64,000 bases of DNA from Bacteroidota bacterium (GCA_023413895.1 JAEZOU010000053.1:1197-65196), one strand, 5' to 3'; shown: positions 9,405 through 18,813, numbered from the stretch's first letter. Numbers and translations are program-made. Notes: generated from the sequence alone by a model not told the origin.

Positions 9405-10454
9405 ATGCGTGATATAGAAAATATTGATATTGAAAAAATAGTCCTTCATTTGGTTGGGAATAAACAAACGGAAGAAACTTTACGGTTTTCCCACGACCTA
9501 CTTACCTTGAATGAAGAGATGAAAACTATGTTGTTGGGTTATTTTTTAAAGCCCTTTCAAAATGCAGTACATCATCAGTTTACACACCCTGCAGATTTGA
9601 GTTTTAATGTAGTTTATAATTTTGTATCTGAAATCTTTGATGATCCTAACTTATTGTATGATAAATCATTGGCTTTAGCTGAACATCTTTATGAGCAGAG
9701 CAATCACCCGAAAATTAAGGGAGGAGAATTTTATGTTGTTTATTTTTCGGGTTGCGAATTTGAAGGGGAGTTAGTAGATGCCGTTGGCCTTTTTAAAGCA
9801 GAAAATAAAGATACCTTTTTGAAAGTTTACCAAAGTGGAGACAATTTTCTATTGCAATCGGAGGCAGGAATCAATATCAATAAGTTAGATAAAGGATGTA
9901 TAATTTATAATGTGGAGAAAGAAGATGGTTTTGTATTGGAAGTTGTAGATAATACTAATCGTTCTTCGGAGGCGCATTTTTGGGTAGGGGATTTCTTGCA
10001 GATTCGTCAGCGAAGGAATGAATATTACAACACTCAGAATACTCTTTCAATGTGTAAGGATTTTGTAATTAATCACTTGCCAGAAGAATTTGAAGTGTCA
10101 AAATCGGATCAAGTTTCTATGTTGGAGCGTTCGGTAAACTTTTTCAAAGAGAATGACAATTTTGACATGGAGGAGTTCAAACAGGAGGTGATGGTTCAGC
10201 CAGACATTATTGAAAGTTTTGATGAATTTAAAGAGAGCTATCAGGAGGAGAATGAAGTTCAGATTTCGGAGACCTTTTCCATTTCCGAGCCAGCGGTGAA
10301 GAAACAGAGTAAGAATTTCCGCAGTGTTATCAAGTTAGATAGTAATTTTCATATTTATGTGCATGGTAATCCTCAGTTGATGAAGCGTGGAGTTGATCCA
10401 GAGACAGGTATGAACTATTACCAAATCTTTTTCGAGGAGGAGCATTTGAAGTAG
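9405..10454 (+). CDS. Nucleoid-associated protein, NdpA/YejK-like
   Basis: IEKIVLHLVGNK N-terminus and overall length fit the Bacteroidota NdpA-like family. ATG 9405 lies 4 nt after the GT2-like stop. Track start 9387 is a GTG overlapping the upstream gene. Confidence 0.6.
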   Translation: MRDIENIDIEKIVLHLVGNKQTEETLRFSHDLLTLNEEMKTMLLGYFLKPFQNAVHHQFTHPADLSFNVVYNFVSEIFDDPNLLYDKSLALAEHLYEQSNHPKIKGGEFYVVYFSGCEFEGELVDAVGLFKAENKDTFLKVYQSGDNFLLQSEAGININKLDKGCIIYNVEKEDGFVLEVVDNTNRSSEAHFWVGDFLQIRQRRNEYYNTQNTLSMCKDFVINHLPEEFEVSKSDQVSMLERSVNFFKENDNFDMEEFKQEVMVQPDIIESFDEFKESYQEENEVQISETFSISEPAVKKQSKNFRSVIKLDSNFHIYVHGNPQLMKRGVDPETGMNYYQIFFEEEHLK

Positions 10455-10661
10455 GCATTTGGGAAATGCGTTAGGGATAGCAGCGGTTATGAGCGCCGGC
10501 TGAGAGTTTTTGAACTTAGAGTCTGGAATTTAGAAGTTGGAATTTAGGGGAAAGGAAGAGGTGAGGGAAAGAGGCGCGAAATTTGAGCGGATAGCCCGAC
10601 GGCGAGTGGGCGGTTTTGAGGGAAGGAAAGAGCCGGAACGCCCAAATTCTAAAAAAAGAAA

Positions 10662-10690
10662 AGCTGCTCGTAAAAAGCAGCTCTTCAGTT
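10662..10690. terminator. Bidirectional hairpin terminator shared by convergent genes
   Basis: agctgct-cgtaaaa-agcagct hairpin, with an A-run upstream and a T-rich tract downstream. It sits between the NdpA-like gene (+) and ferritin (-). Confidence 0.7.
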
Positions 10691-10705
10691 TTATTTTTAA
10701 CAAAA

Positions 10706-11218
10706 TTATTCTTCAGTAGTAGGTGCTGTATAAACGCGTGCAGCTAACTCTTTATCAAACATATACAAGCCGTAGCCATTGTCACCGATAAAGGTAAGAG
10801 CATCGATAAGTTTTTGTGCTGTATCTTCCTCTTCAACTTGTTCAGAAACGAACCAATTGAGCATATTTTGGGTAGCAGCATCAGCAATTTCTACAGAGAT
10901 AGCATAGAGATTATTAATCATAGCAGTAACTTTACGTTCGTGTTCCAAGGTATCCTTGTACGCGTCCAAAAGGGAATTCCATTCGGTTTTTACTTCAGCG
11001 ATAGGTGCAAGAATAACACGACCGCCGCGAGATTGGATATAGTTTTTAATTCTCATTGCGTGATCTTGTTCCTCTTTAAATTGGATTTCAAACCAATTAG
11101 CGGCGCCAGACAGACCTTTAGAGTCGCAATAATTTGCCATTGATAGATATAAATATGCGGACCAAAGTTCAGCATTAATTTGCTCGTTTAGAGCTTTTTC
11201 CATTCTTTCGTTTAACAT
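10706..11218 (-). CDS. ftnA: Non-haem ferritin
   Basis: LNEQINAELWSAYLYLSMANY...FKEEQDHAMR ferroxidase-centre pattern. 170 aa. Confidence 0.9.
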   Translation of the reverse strand: MLNERMEKALNEQINAELWSAYLYLSMANYCDSKGLSGAANWFEIQFKEEQDHAMRIKNYIQSRGGRVILAPIAEVKTEWNSLLDAYKDTLEHERKVTAMINNLYAISVEIADAATQNMLNWFVSEQVEEEDTAQKLIDALTFIGDNGYGLYMFDKELAARVYTAPTTEE

Positions 11219-11263
11219 AGCGTTTTAATTTTGGGGTTTAAAAATGAAATGAATTTTAAATTG

Positions 11264-11271
11264 CAAATGTA
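11264..11271 (-). promoter_or_regulatory. Bacteroidota -7 box (TAnnTTTG)
   Basis: Minus-strand TACATTTG upstream of ferritin ATG 11218. Confidence 0.5.
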
Positions 11272-11308
11272 TATAAAATATACATTTTGTCGGCGAAAAA
11301 AGTTCATT

Positions 11309-12913
11309 TTATAAGATAAAATCTGTATTTAAGAAATTGGACTCATTATTTTTAACGATTTTCGTAATGATTTTGTCGTTGGAATCATTCTTTTTTGCGG
11401 CAACAAGAGTTCGGATTGAGAAAACGCGGAGAGCGTCGGAGACGGAAAGTGTTCCTTCAGCAGAATCTTTTCTGCCAGTGAAAGGGAAAGTATCGGGGCC
11501 TCTTTGGCACTGTGAGTTAATATTAACGCGGCACACCTGATTGACTAGAGTGTCGATTAAAGTTGCCAACTCTTGGGAATTGTTTCCGAACAGAGATGCT
11601 TGTTGGCCATAGTTTGAGTTAACCACATAATCCATTGCTTCTTCGATATTTTCATATCTTACCACAGGTACGATAGGCCCGAATTGCTCAATGGTGTATA
11701 TTTCCATATTAGGAGTTACCTTGTCGAGAAGAATTGGGGCGAAGAGTGTATCTGTAACAATTCCTCCATTTTTATTAGCTATTTTTGCGCCTTTTTTTAC
11801 AGCATCTTCTACTAAGGCTTGCATAGCTTGCGTTTTCCCCTCTTCTGGAAGAGGTGTAATGGAAACATTTTCTTCCCACGGAACGCCGACTTTAAGCGCA
11901 TCAATCATAGAGGCCATTTTTGCGACAAATTGGTCTGCAATGCTATTGTGAACAAAGATAATTTTCAAAGCGGTACAACGTTGACCATTGAACGATAGTG
12001 CACCCAAGGTACACTCTTTTACGGCCATATCGATATTGGCATTTTTGAGTACGATAGCAGGATTTTTTGCGTCGAGGCCGAGCACACATTTGAGGCGATG
12101 CAGGTGAGGATGTTTACGCTTAAGAACATCAGCAACGCGGCTTGAACCGATAAATGCTAAAACATTGACCAATCCAGACATCATAATTGGGGTAATAACC
12201 GTTTGTCCGCGGCCGTAAACCGTATTAACGACTCCTCTTGGGAATGCTTTTTGGAATGCTTTTAGTAGTGGGGCATAGAGAAGAACACCTAATTTAGGAG
12301 GTTTTACCACCACTGTATTTCCCATAATGAGTGCAGGAATAAGTGTTGTAAATGTTTCATTAAGTGGATAGTTGAAAGGTCCCATGCAGAGTACAACACC
12401 GAGAGGAGCTCTTCGGATTTGTGCTACAATTCCTTGTTCGATAGAAAATCGGGATGAGATTCTATCTAAATCTTTCAGGGCTTCCATAGTATCGTTGATA
12501 TAGTCGATGGTACGATCGAACTCTTTACAGGAATCGTTGTACGACTTTCCAATTTCCCACATTAGAAGTTTTACTACAATTTCACGTTCCTCTTTCATCA
12601 GTGAGACGAAATGTTTTACGCAGTCAATTCTTTGCTCAACAGTCATTCGGGGCCACTCTCCGCGTCCGTTATCGTAAGCATTTACAGCGGCTTTTAGTGT
12701 TTCGAGAGCAGCAGTTTCATCCATTAGCGGATGGCTACCCATAAATTTGTTGTATTGGGAATCTGTTTTTATTGCAATAGGGGAGAAGACAGAATTAAGT
12801 TCGCCTTTCCATTGGCGAATTTCGCCATCAACTAAATACTCCTTTTGAATGTAAGGTATAGAAAGAGTTGCAAATTCGGGAATATTTTCTTGGGTTACAG
12901 AGCAGATATTCAT
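11309..12913 (-). CDS. Aldehyde dehydrogenase family protein, GapN-like (non-phosphorylating NADP-dependent G3P dehydrogenase type)
   Basis: ALDH fold with catalytic Cys context FNGQRCTALK. ATG 12913 (MNICSVTQ...) chosen. The track start 13039 would overlap the upstream gene by 125 nt. Confidence 0.8.
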   Translation of the reverse strand: MNICSVTQENIPEFATLSIPYIQKEYLVDGEIRQWKGELNSVFSPIAIKTDSQYNKFMGSHPLMDETAALETLKAAVNAYDNGRGEWPRMTVEQRIDCVKHFVSLMKEEREIVVKLLMWEIGKSYNDSCKEFDRTIDYINDTMEALKDLDRISSRFSIEQGIVAQIRRAPLGVVLCMGPFNYPLNETFTTLIPALIMGNTVVVKPPKLGVLLYAPLLKAFQKAFPRGVVNTVYGRGQTVITPIMMSGLVNVLAFIGSSRVADVLKRKHPHLHRLKCVLGLDAKNPAIVLKNANIDMAVKECTLGALSFNGQRCTALKIIFVHNSIADQFVAKMASMIDALKVGVPWEENVSITPLPEEGKTQAMQALVEDAVKKGAKIANKNGGIVTDTLFAPILLDKVTPNMEIYTIEQFGPIVPVVRYENIEEAMDYVVNSNYGQQASLFGNNSQELATLIDTLVNQVCRVNINSQCQRGPDTFPFTGRKDSAEGTLSVSDALRVFSIRTLVAAKKNDSNDKIITKIVKNNESNFLNTDFIL

Positions 12914-12914
12914 A

Positions 12915-13787
12915 TTATTCTTTAATAGTGTCGAAATTTTTGCCGAAAACATTGCTTGTTTTAGCCACAGTAACGAAGGCATTTTTGTCAATCCTTTTGA
13001 TAATTCGGGTAATTTGAGCTTTATCATTGCGGTGAGCAATAATAAGCAGAATATCGGAATCCTCTTTTGTATAGGAGCCGTAACCTCTTAAGAAACTAGC
13101 GCCGCGTTTCAGTTCTTTGCTAATCTCGTCGGCAATCTCCTGATTTTTTTTGGAGAAAACCATAAACTGGAATGTTTGTCGGTATCCATCAATCACGATA
13201 TCGGATACATATATATATACGAACATCACGACAAAACTATATACCAATCTTTCCACAGAGCCGACGATAAAGTAAGAAGAGCCGATAATGAAGAAATTGG
13301 CAAAAAGAGTAACTCTACCGTATGAGATATTCCGATATTTTCCTATCATCATAGCGATGATGTCAGTGCCGCCAGTATTTCCGCCATAATTGATAGCGAT
13401 TCCCACGCCGATAGCTGCCAATACAGCACCCAAAATTGCTGACATAAAAAGGTCATCAACCAGAGGTTCTTTGATAAACATTTGACCTACGCCAAAGAAA
13501 AGCGACAGCATAATAGTACAAAGGACAGTGTTGATACAGAATTTTGGGCCAAGCACTTTCCAAGCGATGGCAATAAGAGTGATGTTAAGAACGAAAGTTG
13601 ATAGGGCTACTGGAACGGATGAATTGGCAAAATAGATAAGGGCTGCGATACCCTGAACACCTCCAGAAAGCATTTGATTTGGGATGAGGAAAGCGCACCA
13701 TCCAAATGCAAAAATTGCCAAACCTATGCAAATCATTGCATAATTTTTGAGAAGAACTGCGGGAGATTCGGTAAAAATCTTATTCAT
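12915..13787 (-). CDS. YitT family membrane protein (DUF161 plus DUF2179 domains)
   Basis: Multi-TM N-terminal part with GGVQGIA and GGNTGGTDII motifs. Soluble C-terminal GASFLRGYGSYTKED...VTVAKTSNVFG. Confidence 0.85.
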   Translation of the reverse strand: MNKIFTESPAVLLKNYAMICIGLAIFAFGWCAFLIPNQMLSGGVQGIAALIYFANSSVPVALSTFVLNITLIAIAWKVLGPKFCINTVLCTIMLSLFFGVGQMFIKEPLVDDLFMSAILGAVLAAIGVGIAINYGGNTGGTDIIAMMIGKYRNISYGRVTLFANFFIIGSSYFIVGSVERLVYSFVVMFVYIYVSDIVIDGYRQTFQFMVFSKKNQEIADEISKELKRGASFLRGYGSYTKEDSDILLIIAHRNDKAQITRIIKRIDKNAFVTVAKTSNVFGKNFDTIKE

Positions 13788-13937
13788 AACTGTAATTTTA
13801 TTGATATTTTTCTTCTTTTTTTCTTCTTAGAATAAACGTAAAGTATTGATAATTAGTATGATTTTGTTATTGGCTAAAAATCTTATGCAAAAAAACAATT
13901 TTTTTTTGAATTTTGTTGCGCATATTGAAAAAAAATG

Positions 13938-13945
13938 TATTTTTG
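13938..13945 (+). promoter_or_regulatory. Bacteroidota -7 box (TAnnTTTG) for tRNA-Asn
   Basis: TATTTTTG, 21 nt upstream of the tRNA 5' end. Confidence 0.6.
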
Positions 13946-13966
13946 CACCCGTCAAAACAACAACAC

Positions 13967-14040
13967 TCCTCCTTAGCTCAGTTGGTTAGAGCATCTGACT
14001 GTTAATCAGAGGGTCCTAGGTTCAAGTCCTAGAGGGGGAG
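13967..14040 (+). tRNA. tRNA-Asn (anticodon GTT)
   Basis: Cloverleaf read by eye. Acceptor tcctcct/aggggga (one G-U pair), D-arm tagctcagttggttagagc, anticodon stem tctga/tcaga with loop ctGTTaa (GTT at 14001-14003), T-arm ctagg-ttcaagt-cctag. No encoded CCA. Confidence 0.95.
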
Positions 14041-14041
14041 C

Positions 14042-14079
14042 AAAAAAAAGGAACTGCACAAGTAGTTCCTTTTTTTTTT
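14042..14079 (+). terminator. Rho-independent terminator after tRNA-Asn
   Basis: aaggaact (14048-14055) pairs with agttcctt (14064-14071), flanked by an A-run and a T9 run. Confidence 0.85.
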
Positions 14080-14316
14080 GCCAAGTTTGAGCATTGATTC
14101 TTTTCTAACTTTTTTGGATTCAGATTTAGAAATAGGGTAAATTTTTCTATTCATACCTTATAATTCTTTTTTTTACTTGCAAAGAATGTGTTTTTCAAAT
14201 GATATTCTAATATCAATAATTCCTTGATCTGTAAAAAGGAATAAGAATGATGGGTCCTCAAATTTAATAGGAAATATTTTCCTTGATATTGATTTGCAAA
14301 TCACGAATTTTTTTCA

Positions 14317-14324
14317 TAGTTTTG
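14317..14324 (+). promoter_or_regulatory. Bacteroidota -7 box with upstream TTTG (-33)
   Basis: TAGTTTTG. TTTG at 14293-14296 lies 20 nt upstream. ATG of prfA at 14349. Confidence 0.6.
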
Positions 14325-14348
14325 CAAACTTAAAATTTAGTATAATAG

Positions 14349-15434
14349 ATGAATAATTTACTCGAAAAACTAGAGGCAATCTACAAGAAGTGGTTAGACA
14401 TTAGCGAGGAGGTTGCACAACCAGATGTGATGTCGGATATGAAACGCTATATCCGTCTAAATAAGGAATATAAGGACCTTATGCCCATTGTAGAGGCGTA
14501 TAAGGAGTATAAGAATGTAATTGATAATATTGCGAATGCTAAGGAGATTTTGGCAACCGAAAAGGATGAGGATTTCCGCGAGATGGCAAAGGCAGAATTG
14601 GATACTTTTACCGAACGCCGCGATACTTTAGAGGATGAAATCCGTTTGTTGCTACTCCCTTCTGATCCGCAAGATAGCAAAAATGCCCAAGTGGAGATTC
14701 GTGCGGGAACTGGTGGCGATGAAGCCAGTATCTTTGCCGGAGACCTTTTCCGTATGTATCAACACTTTGTAGATAAAAATGGCTGGAAGATTGAGGTGCT
14801 CTCCTCTACAGAAGGCACGGTGGGCGGTTTTAAGGAAATCGTGTTTGAAATTATCGGTAATGGTGTCTATGGTTTGATGAAGTATGAGTCGGGAGTTCAT
14901 CGTGTACAACGTGTGCCTCAAACCGAATCTCAAGGTCGCGTACACACTTCGGCAGCTTCCGTGGTGGTGCTCCCCGAAGCCGATGAATTCGACGTAGAAT
15001 TGAAACAGTCCGATATTCGCAAGGATACCTATTGTTCCTCTGGTCCTGGTGGTCAATCGGTAAATACTACCTATTCCGCAGTTCGTCTAACCCACATTCC
15101 AACGGGTATTGTGGTGGCAATTCAAGATGAGAAATCACAACTTAAAAACTTAGATAAAGCGATGCGCGTGTTAAGAACTCGTCTTTTCGAGATGGAGTAC
15201 AAAAAATATCTCGATGAGGTTGCTTCTAAGCGTAAAACTATGGTATCAACGGGCGATCGCTCCGCTAAGATTAGAACTTATAATTACCCGCAAAATCGTG
15301 TAACAGATCATCGTATCAATCTGACAATGTATAACTTAGTTGGATTTATGGATGGCGATATTCAAGAAACTATCGAGGCATTGCAAGTAGCAGAAAATGC
15401 TGAACGATTGAAAGAGGGTATGCCAGAAGAGTAA
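14349..15434 (+). CDS. prfA: Peptide chain release factor 1
   Basis: GGQ motif ([11 protein letters not shown]) and the RF1-type [14 protein letters not shown] tripeptide region. Confidence 0.95.
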   Translation: MNNLLEKLEAIYKKWLDISEEVAQPDVMSDMKRYIRLNKEYKDLMPIVEAYKEYKNVIDNIANAKEILATEKDEDFREMAKAELDTFTERRDTLEDEIRLLLLPSDPQDSKNAQVEIRAGTGGDEASIFAGDLFRMYQHFVDKNGWKIEVLSSTEGTVGGFKEIVFEIIGNGVYGLMKYESGVHRVQRVPQTESQGRVHTSAASVVVLPEADEFDVELKQSDIRKDTYCSSGPGGQSVNTTYSAVRLTHIPTGIVVAIQDEKSQLKNLDKAMRVLRTRLFEMEYKKYLDEVASKRKTMVSTGDRSAKIRTYNYPQNRVTDHRINLTMYNLVGFMDGDIQETIEALQVAENAERLKEGMPEE

Positions 15435-15470
15435 GAATGAATTATTATTAACCTATAAAAAAAGAAAATT

Positions 15471-15785
15471 ATGGCATTAGCAATTACAACAGAAAATTTC
15501 CCAACTTTGTCTGCAAGCGGACAATTGGTAGTAATCGATTTTTGGGCTCCTTGGTGTGGACCTTGCCGCCAAATTGCCCCTATCGTTGAAGAGGTGGCTG
15601 CCGAATATGAAGGCAAAGCTATCATTGGAAAATGTGATACAGATGAAAATAATGACTTGGCAGTAGATTTCGGCGTTATGAACATCCCTATGATCGTTTT
15701 CCTTAAAAATGGCGAACTCTTAGACACTCACGTAGGTGTGATCAAAAAAGAGGAACTTGTGAAAAAAGTGGAAACCTATTTATAA
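15471..15785 (+). CDS. trxA: Thioredoxin
   Basis: 104 aa with WAPWCGPCR active site. Confidence 0.95.
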   Translation: MALAITTENFPTLSASGQLVVIDFWAPWCGPCRQIAPIVEEVAAEYEGKAIIGKCDTDENNDLAVDFGVMNIPMIVFLKNGELLDTHVGVIKKEELVKKVETYL

Positions 15786-15826
15786 TTAATCGAGTATAAT
15801 CATTTATTAATCAAAACAATATAATT

Positions 15827-17386
15827 ATGTTTAAAGGACACCCGAAAGGGCTATTAGCAGCGGCCCTCAGTAATATGGGAGAGCGTTTCGGCTACTATAT
15901 TATGAATGCTGTTTTGGTATTGTTTCTCTGTTCAAAATTCGGATTAGGAGAAGCAACAAGTGGAACTATTTATTCATTCTTTTACGCAGGTATCTATCTT
16001 TTAAGTTTAGTGGGTGGTCTTATAGCAGACCGTACACAAAATTACAAGGGTACTATCCGTAAAGGTTTATTTGTAATGGCTTGTGGATATATTATTTTAT
16101 CTATTCCACTTTTGGCAACTCCACAAAATAGTACAGGATTGCTTGTTTTGACTTGTGTTGCATTATTCTTAATTGCCTTTGGTAATGGTTTGTTCAAAGG
16201 TAACTTGCAAGCTATCGTAGGTCAAATGTATGATAATTTCGAAGCGGAAGCAGCAAAAGAAGGCCCTGAAGCTTTGAGAATTGCAAAGAGCAAACGTGAC
16301 TCAGGTTTCCAAATTTTCTACGTTTTTATCAATGTAGGTGGTTTGATTGCGCCTTTTGTTGCTCCATTGTTACGCGAATGGTGGCTTGAAACTAATGGTA
16401 TGGTTTATAATGCAGCTCTTCCTGCTTTGTGCCACGAGTTCATTAACAATGCTAGTGCTATGAGCGCACAAGCTATGGATAACTTAAATACTATGATGGC
16501 TGCTGCTGGTGGTAATGTAGCTGATATGGCAGGTTCTTGCGCAAAATATTTGCAAATTTTCAATGAAGGAATCCACTATTCTTTCATTGCTTCTGTAGCT
16601 GCAATGTTAATCTCTTTGGTTATTTTTATCACTAACCAAAAAAGATTCCCTACTCCTGCTAAGAAAGAAAAAGTTGAATCAGCATCTTATACTCAAGAAG
16701 AAAAGGCTGCTATGGCAAAAGAGATTAAACAACGTCTTCTCGCTTTGTTTGCTGTATTAGGTATCGTTATCTTCTTCTGGTTCTCTTTCCACCAAAATGG
16801 TATGTCTTTGTCATTCTTCGCTCGTGACTTTGTTGATTCTTCAAAAGTAGCTCCTGAAATTTGGCAAGCTATCAACCCATTCTTCGTTATCGTTTTGACT
16901 CCAATCATTATGGCTATCTTTGCTGCTTTCACTAATCGTGGTAAAGAGATCTCTACTCCTAAGAAAATTGCCATCGGTATGTTTATCGCAGGTTTAGCTT
17001 TCTTGTTCTTGGCGATCTTCTCTTCTTTGAAAGGTTATCCATCAGCAAACACATTCAAAGCTCTTCCTGTTGATGATCAATTAGCTCAAAAAGCACATTG
17101 GTGGGTACTTATTGCAGTTTATTTCTTCTTAACTGTTGCAGAGTTGTTTATTTCTCCACTTGGATTGTCATTCGTATCAAAAGTAGCTCCAAAACACCTT
17201 TTAGGATTGTGCCAAGGTTTATGGTTAGGCGCAACCGCTATTGGTAACCTCTTGTTGTGGATTGGACCTCTTATGTACAACGCTTGGCCAATTTGGCAAT
17301 GCTGGACCGTATTCTTGGTAGTATGTCTTATCTCTATGGGCGTAATGTTAGGTATGGTTAAATGGCTCGAAAAAGTCACTCAATAA
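15827..17386 (+). CDS. Proton-dependent oligopeptide transporter (POT/PTR2 family di-/tripeptide permease)
   Basis: GERFGYYIMN (ExxERFxYY motif). About 14 TM segments. 519 aa. Confidence 0.88.
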   Translation: MFKGHPKGLLAAALSNMGERFGYYIMNAVLVLFLCSKFGLGEATSGTIYSFFYAGIYLLSLVGGLIADRTQNYKGTIRKGLFVMACGYIILSIPLLATPQNSTGLLVLTCVALFLIAFGNGLFKGNLQAIVGQMYDNFEAEAAKEGPEALRIAKSKRDSGFQIFYVFINVGGLIAPFVAPLLREWWLETNGMVYNAALPALCHEFINNASAMSAQAMDNLNTMMAAAGGNVADMAGSCAKYLQIFNEGIHYSFIASVAAMLISLVIFITNQKRFPTPAKKEKVESASYTQEEKAAMAKEIKQRLLALFAVLGIVIFFWFSFHQNGMSLSFFARDFVDSSKVAPEIWQAINPFFVIVLTPIIMAIFAAFTNRGKEISTPKKIAIGMFIAGLAFLFLAIFSSLKGYPSANTFKALPVDDQLAQKAHWWVLIAVYFFLTVAELFISPLGLSFVSKVAPKHLLGLCQGLWLGATAIGNLLLWIGPLMYNAWPIWQCWTVFLVVCLISMGVMLGMVKWLEKVTQ

Positions 17387-17407
17387 TCAGGTAACCTATT
17401 GATATTA

Positions 17408-17445
17408 AAAAGGCTGTCTAATTTATTTTGGACGGCCTTTTTTGT
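17408..17445 (+). terminator. Rho-independent terminator after POT transporter
   Basis: aaaggctgtc...gacggccttt hairpin (one G-U pair) followed by a T-run. Confidence 0.65.
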
Positions 17446-17474
17446 TTACAAGGGGGCGATATGGGCAAAAAGAA

Positions 17475-17511
17475 AGAGGCAGCGTGAATGGTTTCAAACT
17501 GCCTCTTTTTT
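17475..17511. terminator. Hairpin terminator (serves minus-strand ABC ATPase gene; also T-run on plus strand)
   Basis: agaggcag (17475-17482) pairs with ctgcctct (17499-17506). T-runs on both flanks when read on either strand. Confidence 0.6.
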
Positions 17512-17533
17512 ATCGGTATAAAAATTCAGAAGA

Positions 17534-18274
17534 CTATTTTTGTTTCTGTGTGGTGAGCAAGTGAAATACCTCTTCCATTCCCAAAAGTTGATCTTTTTTC
17601 TGTAAATCAGATACTTTTTTTCTCAATTCTTGAATGGATGAGTCGGCCACTAAATCACCTTTGTTGATGATGATTACGCGGTCGCAAACAGCTTCCACTT
17701 CCTGCATAATGTGCGTAGAAAGAAGTACAGTTTTGGTTTTTCCGCAATTTTTGATAAGTTGTCGAATCTCAATCAATTGATTTGGGTCAAGACCTGTAGT
17801 AGGTTCGTCTAAAATGAGTACTTCGGGGTCGTGGATAAGTGCTTGTGCCAAGCCTACACGTTGTTTGTAGCCACGAGAAAGAGCTGCAATTTTCTTATGC
17901 TGTTCCAAACCCAATCCTGTTAGCTCAATCACTTCGTCAACACGTTGTTTTTTGTTTTTAATATGATGAATTCCACCAATGAAAGACAAAAATTCTTTTA
18001 CATACATGTCGTGGTAAAGAGGATTGGCTTCCGATAGATAACCGATTTTGGAGCGGAGTGCTAACGAATCGTTCCAAATATCAAGTCCACAAACGGTTAC
18101 ATCACCTTCAGTAGGTGGAATAAAGCAAGTGATAATTTTCATCATAGTGGATTTTCCAGCGCCGTTAGGTCCTAGAAAACCAACAACTTCACCTTTTTTT
18201 ATATCGAAGGAAACATCGTTTAAAGCACGTTGCTGTCCGTAAATTTTTGTAATGTGAGAAACAGATATTGACAT
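17534..18274 (-). CDS. ABC transporter ATP-binding protein, GldA-like (gliding-motility-associated type); no permease adjacent
   Basis: Walker A GPNGAGKST, signature LSRGYKQRV, Walker B LILDEP, H-loop STHIM. The N-terminus MSISVSHITKIYGQQRALNDVSF resembles GldA as I recall it. Confidence 0.75.
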   Translation of the reverse strand: MSISVSHITKIYGQQRALNDVSFDIKKGEVVGFLGPNGAGKSTMMKIITCFIPPTEGDVTVCGLDIWNDSLALRSKIGYLSEANPLYHDMYVKEFLSFIGGIHHIKNKKQRVDEVIELTGLGLEQHKKIAALSRGYKQRVGLAQALIHDPEVLILDEPTTGLDPNQLIEIRQLIKNCGKTKTVLLSTHIMQEVEAVCDRVIIINKGDLVADSSIQELRKKVSDLQKKDQLLGMEEVFHLLTTQKQK

Positions 18275-18292
18275 AATTCAAAAATTGGGTCG

Positions 18293-18300
18293 CAAAAATA
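18293..18300 (-). promoter_or_regulatory. Bacteroidota -7 box
   Basis: Minus-strand TATTTTTG, 18 nt upstream of ATG 18274. Confidence 0.55.
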
Positions 18301-18332
18301 CAAAAACTTTCCCACATATCTAAAATTTTTGA

Positions 18333-18340
18333 TATTTTTG
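18333..18340 (+). promoter_or_regulatory. Bacteroidota -7 box
   Basis: TATTTTTG upstream of bactofilin ATG 18433. Confidence 0.45.
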
Positions 18341-18432
18341 TAGCCATAAATAAAACTATGTAACATATTGGGGCGTGCAGTCGTACAATGTAGGAATTTA
18401 ATTATATCAAAAACATAAATAAAACAAGCAAT

Positions 18433-18813
18433 ATGGCAAAAACATACGAAGTTGAAGAACCTAATGGACCGAATATTATCGCTCGTGGAACCATTTTTGA
18501 GGGAAATATCCTCAATGCTGGTGATTGTCGAATTGATGGCACTATGAAAGGAAATATCAACTCTTCTGCTAAAATTATTGTAGGGAAAAGTGGAAAAGTG
18601 GAAGGCGACATAAGATGTACATCTATTGAGATTGAAGGAATGGTGAAGGCTAATATTCAAGTAAAAGATCTTCTTGCTTTAAAATCAACAGCAAATTTAG
18701 TAGGTAATATTCAAGTAGGAAAGATTGCAATTGAACCAGGTGCATCTTTTGCTGGTAATTGTACAATGCTTACTTCACCGAAACCAGTAATTCCGACTAT
18801 TACAGAAAAATAA
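18433..18813 (+). CDS. Bactofilin (polymer-forming cytoskeletal protein, DUF583)
   Basis: 126 aa made of repeated beta-helix turns: GTIFEGNI, DCRIDGTMKGNI, KIIVGKSGKVEGDI, IEIEGMVKANI, ANLVGNIQVGKIAIEPGASFAGN. Confidence 0.85.
   Translation: MAKTYEVEEPNGPNIIARGTIFEGNILNAGDCRIDGTMKGNINSSAKIIVGKSGKVEGDIRCTSIEIEGMVKANIQVKDLLALKSTANLVGNIQVGKIAIEPGASFAGNCTMLTSPKPVIPTITEK

Noticed and set aside
10537-10719. 60-aa Lys/Arg/Glu-rich ORF in the GC-elevated intergenic island
   Set aside because: It starts at a non-ATG codon, runs straight through the terminator hairpin and into the ferritin 3' end, and has low-complexity composition that reflects the purine skew. It is more likely non-coding. The island itself is kept as a finding.
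12914-13039. N-terminal 42-codon extension of the aldehyde dehydrogenase ORF
   Set aside because: It would overlap the 3' end of the yitT-family gene by 125 nt. ATG 12913 lies 1 nt after that gene's stop and gives a sensible ALDH N-terminus.
14080-14348. Possible small gene or ncRNA in the 300-nt gap between tRNA-Asn and prfA, with a 9-nt direct repeat ttccttgat at ~14221 and ~14279
   Set aside because: The only short ORF runs into the tRNA. The region is AT-rich with no stable structure that I could fold by eye. The repeat is short enough to arise by chance. It is best explained as the prfA promoter region (TTTG at -33 plus a -7 box).
14652-15727. Antisense ORFs of 134 aa (in prfA) and 121 aa (across trxA)
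   Set aside because: Both lie opposite genes with canonical motifs (GGQ, WCGPC). They are typical codon-register artefacts.
18220-18660. 146-aa minus-strand ORF spanning the gldA-like/bactofilin divergent region
   Set aside because: It overlaps the start of the ABC ATPase gene, both promoter boxes and the bactofilin gene, which has an unmistakable repeat signature. No motif supports it.
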